Shown here one piece after another: positions 60,219 to 63,567 of a DNA stretch of 63,567 nucleotides. The number at the start of each line of letters is the position of its first letter. Within the stretch, counting starts at the first letter, position 1. Made by a program: the position numbers and the translations under genes. This stretch comes from an uncultured Coriobacteriaceae bacterium (GTDB lineage Bacteria; Actinomycetota; Coriobacteriia; Anaerosomatales; SLCP01): the NCBI GenBank assembly GCA_964349355.1, contig CAYGFZ010000004.1, forward strand, positions 1-63,567, given 5' to 3'. The notes below the pieces were generated by a model, which worked only from the letters and a program-made list of their open reading frames with translations, did not search any database and was not told where the DNA came from.

Positions 60219-61208
60219 TTAGGGTGTGACGAGCACGAGGTCTTCGTAGAGGAGCTTAGCCTCCAGGATTCCCTTGGCGGTCATCCACTCAAGCACTGCG
60301 TTCACCTGCTGGGGCGTAGGGATCTGAGCGCTCGGATAGGTGTTCACCGGGTAGCTGTCGCGCAGCGGCTCGGGCAAGCGTGCCTGCTCAACGAGCAGGT
60401 CGATCCATGCGCCCGGGTCCTCATTCACGATCTCGGCACCCTCGTTCCACGCCTGCAGCAGAGCGGCCATCGTGTCGACGCCACCCGGCTCGGCAAGATA
60501 GGTGTCTGAGAAGGCGAGCACGGTCTGCGAGAGGTTCTCGCCTGTCGTGTCGTCAGCAAGCAGGATCGCGCCCTCAAGCTCGGCAAGCGAAAGGAGCGGC
60601 TCGGGGAGCGCGGCTGCCGCGAGCTGGCCCTGTATGAGCAGCTCGAAGCGGACCGGCACGCGGGGGACGGGCTCGACGACGACGTCATCGGCGTCGACTC
60701 CGGCCTGGCGCATCAGCCCGTCGAGCACGTACTCCTGGATCGTGCCCTCCGATGTACCGACAGGCACGCCAGCGAGCGCGGAGAGGTCGGCGTAACCAGA
60801 CTCGGGCGCGGCCACGATGCCAAAGCGGCCCTCGGCAGGTGTCGCACCGAGCATCACCGTCGCGATGGTCACGGGTGCACCGCCGGCCTCGAGGACAGCG
60901 CACGCGATGATGTCGCCCATGAAGGCATCAATCTCACCGGCCACGAACGCCGCATCGCGCTCCTGGGCGGCCTGGAAGGTAACGATCTCGACCGAGGGAA
61001 GCCCGGCTGCCTCGAACAGCCCACGCTCCTCGGCGACCCACAGCGGCAGCATGTCCTCGGTGGGAAGCGTGCCGATGACGACCGGCTTGGGCTCCGGCTC
61101 GCGCGGCTCGGGCGGCACGATCTCATCGGAGGACTGTGTGGCACAGCCGGTAAGCGCTGAAGCTGCAAGAGCGCCAGCGCAGAGCAGCGCGATGATGCGT
61201 CGGTTCAT
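60219..61208 (-). CDS. NMT1/THI5-like (SsuA/TauA-type) substrate-binding lipoprotein
   Basis: Lipobox LTGCAT. Type 2 periplasmic-binding-fold pattern. First gene of the three-gene ABC set. Confidence 0.85.
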   Translation of the reverse strand: MNRRIIALLCAGALAASALTGCATQSSDEIVPPEPREPEPKPVVIGTLPTEDMLPLWVAEERGLFEAAGLPSVEIVTFQAAQERDAAFVAGEIDAFMGDIIACAVLEAGGAPVTIATVMLGATPAEGRFGIVAAPESGYADLSALAGVPVGTSEGTIQEYVLDGLMRQAGVDADDVVVEPVPRVPVRFELLIQGQLAAAALPEPLLSLAELEGAILLADDTTGENLSQTVLAFSDTYLAEPGGVDTMAALLQAWNEGAEIVNEDPGAWIDLLVEQARLPEPLRDSYPVNTYPSAQIPTPQQVNAVLEWMTAKGILEAKLLYEDLVLVTP

Positions 61209-61250
61209 CTGGCGGGTCCTTTCGTGCGGTTGCGGGAAGGATTCGCGTGC

Positions 61251-61859
61251 TTACCGATCGGCCTCGACCGGGTGGCGCAGGCGGACCTCATCACGGGACA
61301 GGATACCGGAGAAGCCAGCAACGGCGGCCCCGGCGCGGTCGGCAAGCAAGCCGACGGCGATCTCGTAGATCGCGAAGCGATGACGCTGATAGAAGTACAG
61401 GAGCGGGATGTCGTCGTTGGAGACGGCCACGCGGATCGACGGCAACTCGCGCTCCCGGGCGAACTCGACGGCAGCGCGCAACAGTACGGCGCCCACGCCC
61501 TGCCCCTGATGCTCCGGATAGACGGTGAGCAGCACGATGACAAGCTCACCCCGGTCGATAGCAAGCGAGATGAGGCCGGCCAACTTGCCGTCCGCCTCGG
61601 CGATGAGGTTCTCGCCGCGCAACACGTCGAAGGTGCGGTCGAAGACGTCGATCTCGGTCTCGCCGAGGGCCCGGTCGCAGATCTCCTCGATGTCGCCTCG
61701 GTCGGCGGGCGTCGCTGCGCGCACTGTGAACTCGAGCGAGTCGGCGGGCTGGTGCTCGGCGCAGGTGACAGTCATGCGCGCCTCGTTGAGCGGCAGATCC
61801 TTGCCGCATGTAGGGCACCGGTAGTGCGGATATGGGAGATCTATCTCTTCGACCATCAC
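61251..61859 (-). CDS. GNAT N-acetyltransferase with N-terminal zinc-ribbon
   Basis: YRCPTCGK...CAEH ribbon. GNAT motif A is VYPEHQGQGVGAVLLRAAVEFA. Confidence 0.8.
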   Translation of the reverse strand: MMVEEIDLPYPHYRCPTCGKDLPLNEARMTVTCAEHQPADSLEFTVRAATPADRGDIEEICDRALGETEIDVFDRTFDVLRGENLIAEADGKLAGLISLAIDRGELVIVLLTVYPEHQGQGVGAVLLRAAVEFARERELPSIRVAVSNDDIPLLYFYQRHRFAIYEIAVGLLADRAGAAVAGFSGILSRDEVRLRHPVEADR

Positions 61860-61906
61860 TCACGGCTCCAGGATTCTCGGTTCGGCTATACAGTCCCGAA
61901 CCCCCA

Positions 61907-62347
61907 TTATGCCGCTTGCGGGCGCGGGGCGCACGTGGCTCGCTTGGACGAATCGCCTTGTGGGCAGTCCGCGCTCCATGACTCGCTCTTGCAGCGCCCG
62001 CCGCCATGCCCAGGCCACCGGTGGCAGCGCCGATAGCGACGCTGCCTCCGAACGCCTTTTAAGCTCCACGACTTCTTTGTGTTGGCCCACGTGGCGCGCA
62101 TGCCGGCCTTGAAGCCTTGCTTCTTGAAGACGCTCCTGGCCTTCCACGCGCCCGCGACCGCTTGTTCTCCCGCGAAGAAGGCGGCGCCTCCCACCGCACC
62201 CCAGAGCACTTGGGCGAACTCACCGTCGGGGTCGTCTTGGTTCACGGGGTCGTAGTAGCGGGCGTGCAAGTAGTAGGTCTCAGACCACGAGTCGTAGTTA
62301 TAGCCGGCGTAGCGCAGCGGCTGGAAGGCGGTGATCTCGGCGGCCAC
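61907..62347 (-). CDS. orphan RHS core-tip plus C-terminal module (displaced polymorphic-toxin cassette, possibly degenerate)
   Basis: Begins inside the last RHS repeat (PLRYAGYNYDSWSETYYLHARYYDPV..DPDGEF), followed by ~100 aa that become Arg-rich. No upstream RHS body. Confidence 0.55.
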   Translation of the reverse strand: MAAEITAFQPLRYAGYNYDSWSETYYLHARYYDPVNQDDPDGEFAQVLWGAVGGAAFFAGEQAVAGAWKARSVFKKQGFKAGMRATWANTKKSWSLKGVRRQRRYRRCHRWPGHGGGRCKSESWSADCPQGDSSKRATCAPRPQAA

Positions 62348-62410
62348 CGGTGCGGGAAGTGCGCCCGTGCCGCGGCTTGCCCCGCGATGTGACTACGCGG
62401 CCATCAAGCC

Positions 62411-63175
62411 CTACACGTCATCGATAGTGACTCCAGAATCCTCGGGCCAGATCACTCGGAAGCCCTCACCATTGTCGACCGCGACCACCGCGCCCTCAAG
62501 CTCGCCCTCGCGCTCGAGCATGGAGACGATCTGTTCCGTAGCGGCTGCCGGATCTCGCACACACGCGAAGATGTTGGCGTGTTCCGCACCGATGTCACCG
62601 CCGTCGCAAGACCCGTTGCCCGTGCGCCTGAGCAGCTCGTCGACGAGAGCTTCGACATGGTGTCTTCTGTCAAGCAGCATGACACCCTCGCCGTACAGCC
62701 GGACGATCACATCGAGACAGACATCGTCGTCACCCTCCATAGGGGCGTCTGCGCTGCTGGCCAGGCTCTCCCAAACCGGCTCACCATGCAACTGCCTAAC
62801 CTGCTCCCGCAACACGGTGAGCACGACTGCTCGCCCCTCCCGGCGAGATGCCCACCGTTCTGCCGCCATGATCGCCTCAGTCAGCTGTCGATACAGGTAG
62901 TCCTGCGGCTCCGGCTGCTCGACTGCTGGAAGAGCCACATCGACCATGAGTCCGCGATCGCTCTTGGTGTAGCGGCCAACGCTCGCACCCTCGAACCCTG
63001 GCTGATAGGCACTGCCGGGGATGTGAAAGACAACCAGCAAGTTCAGGGGCGATTCCACCGGAGGAAGCTCATCAATCTCGTCTGATAGTAGGCGCAAAGC
63101 GCATAACCAGGGCATGTTTGATTCGGGGCCGCCGATGACCCATGTGATTATCAGCGCTTGCTCTGGTTCAGCCAC
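62411..63175 (-). CDS. putative immunity protein (two-lobed, 254 aa)
   Basis: GTG start 3 nt after the toxin stop. Acidic cytoplasmic protein. Immunity role assigned by position only. Confidence 0.5.
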   Translation of the reverse strand: MAEPEQALIITWVIGGPESNMPWLCALRLLSDEIDELPPVESPLNLLVVFHIPGSAYQPGFEGASVGRYTKSDRGLMVDVALPAVEQPEPQDYLYRQLTEAIMAAERWASRREGRAVVLTVLREQVRQLHGEPVWESLASSADAPMEGDDDVCLDVIVRLYGEGVMLLDRRHHVEALVDELLRRTGNGSCDGGDIGAEHANIFACVRDPAAATEQIVSMLEREGELEGAVVAVDNGEGFRVIWPEDSGVTIDDV

Positions 63176-63178
63176 CCG

Positions 63179-63565
63179 TTAGCGCCTCCTCGTAGCGACC
63201 TTGCGGAACCGCTCCCTGTTAAGCGACCCCCGGTGGACCCCGATGATGTTGCGCTCGAGAGCCGCCATCCCTCTGCGTGACCCACTCGTCAGTACCCGCA
63301 TCTCTTTGTCTGCCATGAACTTCTTGGTGTAACGGCGCTGTGGAACCTTCTTGGAGGTGATTCCCGTCTTCAGGTACTCGCGCGTCTTCTTGTGAAACAG
63401 CTGGTAAAGGTGCGTCTCCTTCGGGCTGTTGAGCGAGTTCCCGTGCACCTTCGCCGCACACGCATTATGCACCCACACGCCCGCGCTCGCGACGAAGTAG
63501 GTGTGGAGGTCGGCGACCTCGAAGTTGTAGACGTCTTGCGGGCTTTGCAGGTGCTCGCGCACCAC
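63179..63565 (-). CDS. polymorphic toxin 3' end: Hint-domain C-terminus plus C-terminal toxin domain (partial, continues beyond the window)
   Basis: VYNFEVADLHTYFVASAGVWVHN is the Hint C-terminal block. HGNSLNSPKETHLYQL...LKTGITS...RRY resembles GIY-YIG/URI-fold toxin tips. Confidence 0.7.
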   Translation of the reverse strand: MVREHLQSPQDVYNFEVADLHTYFVASAGVWVHNACAAKVHGNSLNSPKETHLYQLFHKKTREYLKTGITSKKVPQRRYTKKFMADKEMRVLTSGSRRGMAALERNIIGVHRGSLNRERFRKVATRRR

Positions 63566-63567
63566 CG

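Overview
GC-rich, densely coding chromosomal segment. Gene content suggests an Actinomycetota-like, probably anaerobic lineage, but that is inference. I call about 65 protein genes and 2 tRNAs, and I saw no rRNA and no CRISPR array.

The first ~34 kb is mainly housekeeping:
- MOCOS/NifS-like PLP enzyme, pntAA-pntAB-pntB transhydrogenase and tRNA-Ser(GGA)
- two stand-alone PASTA proteins, arginine deiminase, an rlmA-like methyltransferase and an Lrp regulator
- transketolase converging on an archaeal-type PEP carboxylase, Hsp20 and a Dus enzyme
- an fmdE plus BtuF/FecB-type ABC importer operon behind a ~370-nt structured leader
- purB, and a Fur/PerR-like regulator next to rubrerythrin with a perfect 17-bp operator palindrome
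- a CDGSH protein, carB and a solitary hisF

From ~34 kb onward the window looks accessory and decaying:
- a frameshifted Tat-flavodoxin gene with a 5'-truncated TetR-like relic
- a YknWXYZ-like MacB-type ABC module in which a double CARDB-like exported protein sits where the membrane-fusion protein would be
- a Fic protein, an internally deleted DDE transposase relic, YaiI, DUF3048 and an orphan DUF3365 histidine kinase
- a SulP permease relic with two internal deletions, and a DUF4143 AAA ATPase next to tRNA-Arg(CCT)
- MerR-prfC
- an envelope-glycan cluster built around a decaprenyl-phosphate phosphoribosyltransferase (Rv3806c-like UbiA)
- an HTH-fused MNT/HEPN toxin-antitoxin pair bracketed by two direct copies of a ~55-nt IS21-end-like repeat, beside an IstB relic and a 19-bp perfect palindrome
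- a NitT/TauT-type ABC importer
- at the right edge, a polymorphic-toxin locus: Hint plus C-terminal toxin, immunity gene, and an orphan RHS-tip cassette

Many long ORFs in the six-frame track are antisense or alternate-frame shadows of real genes, which is typical of high GC, and I did not call them.
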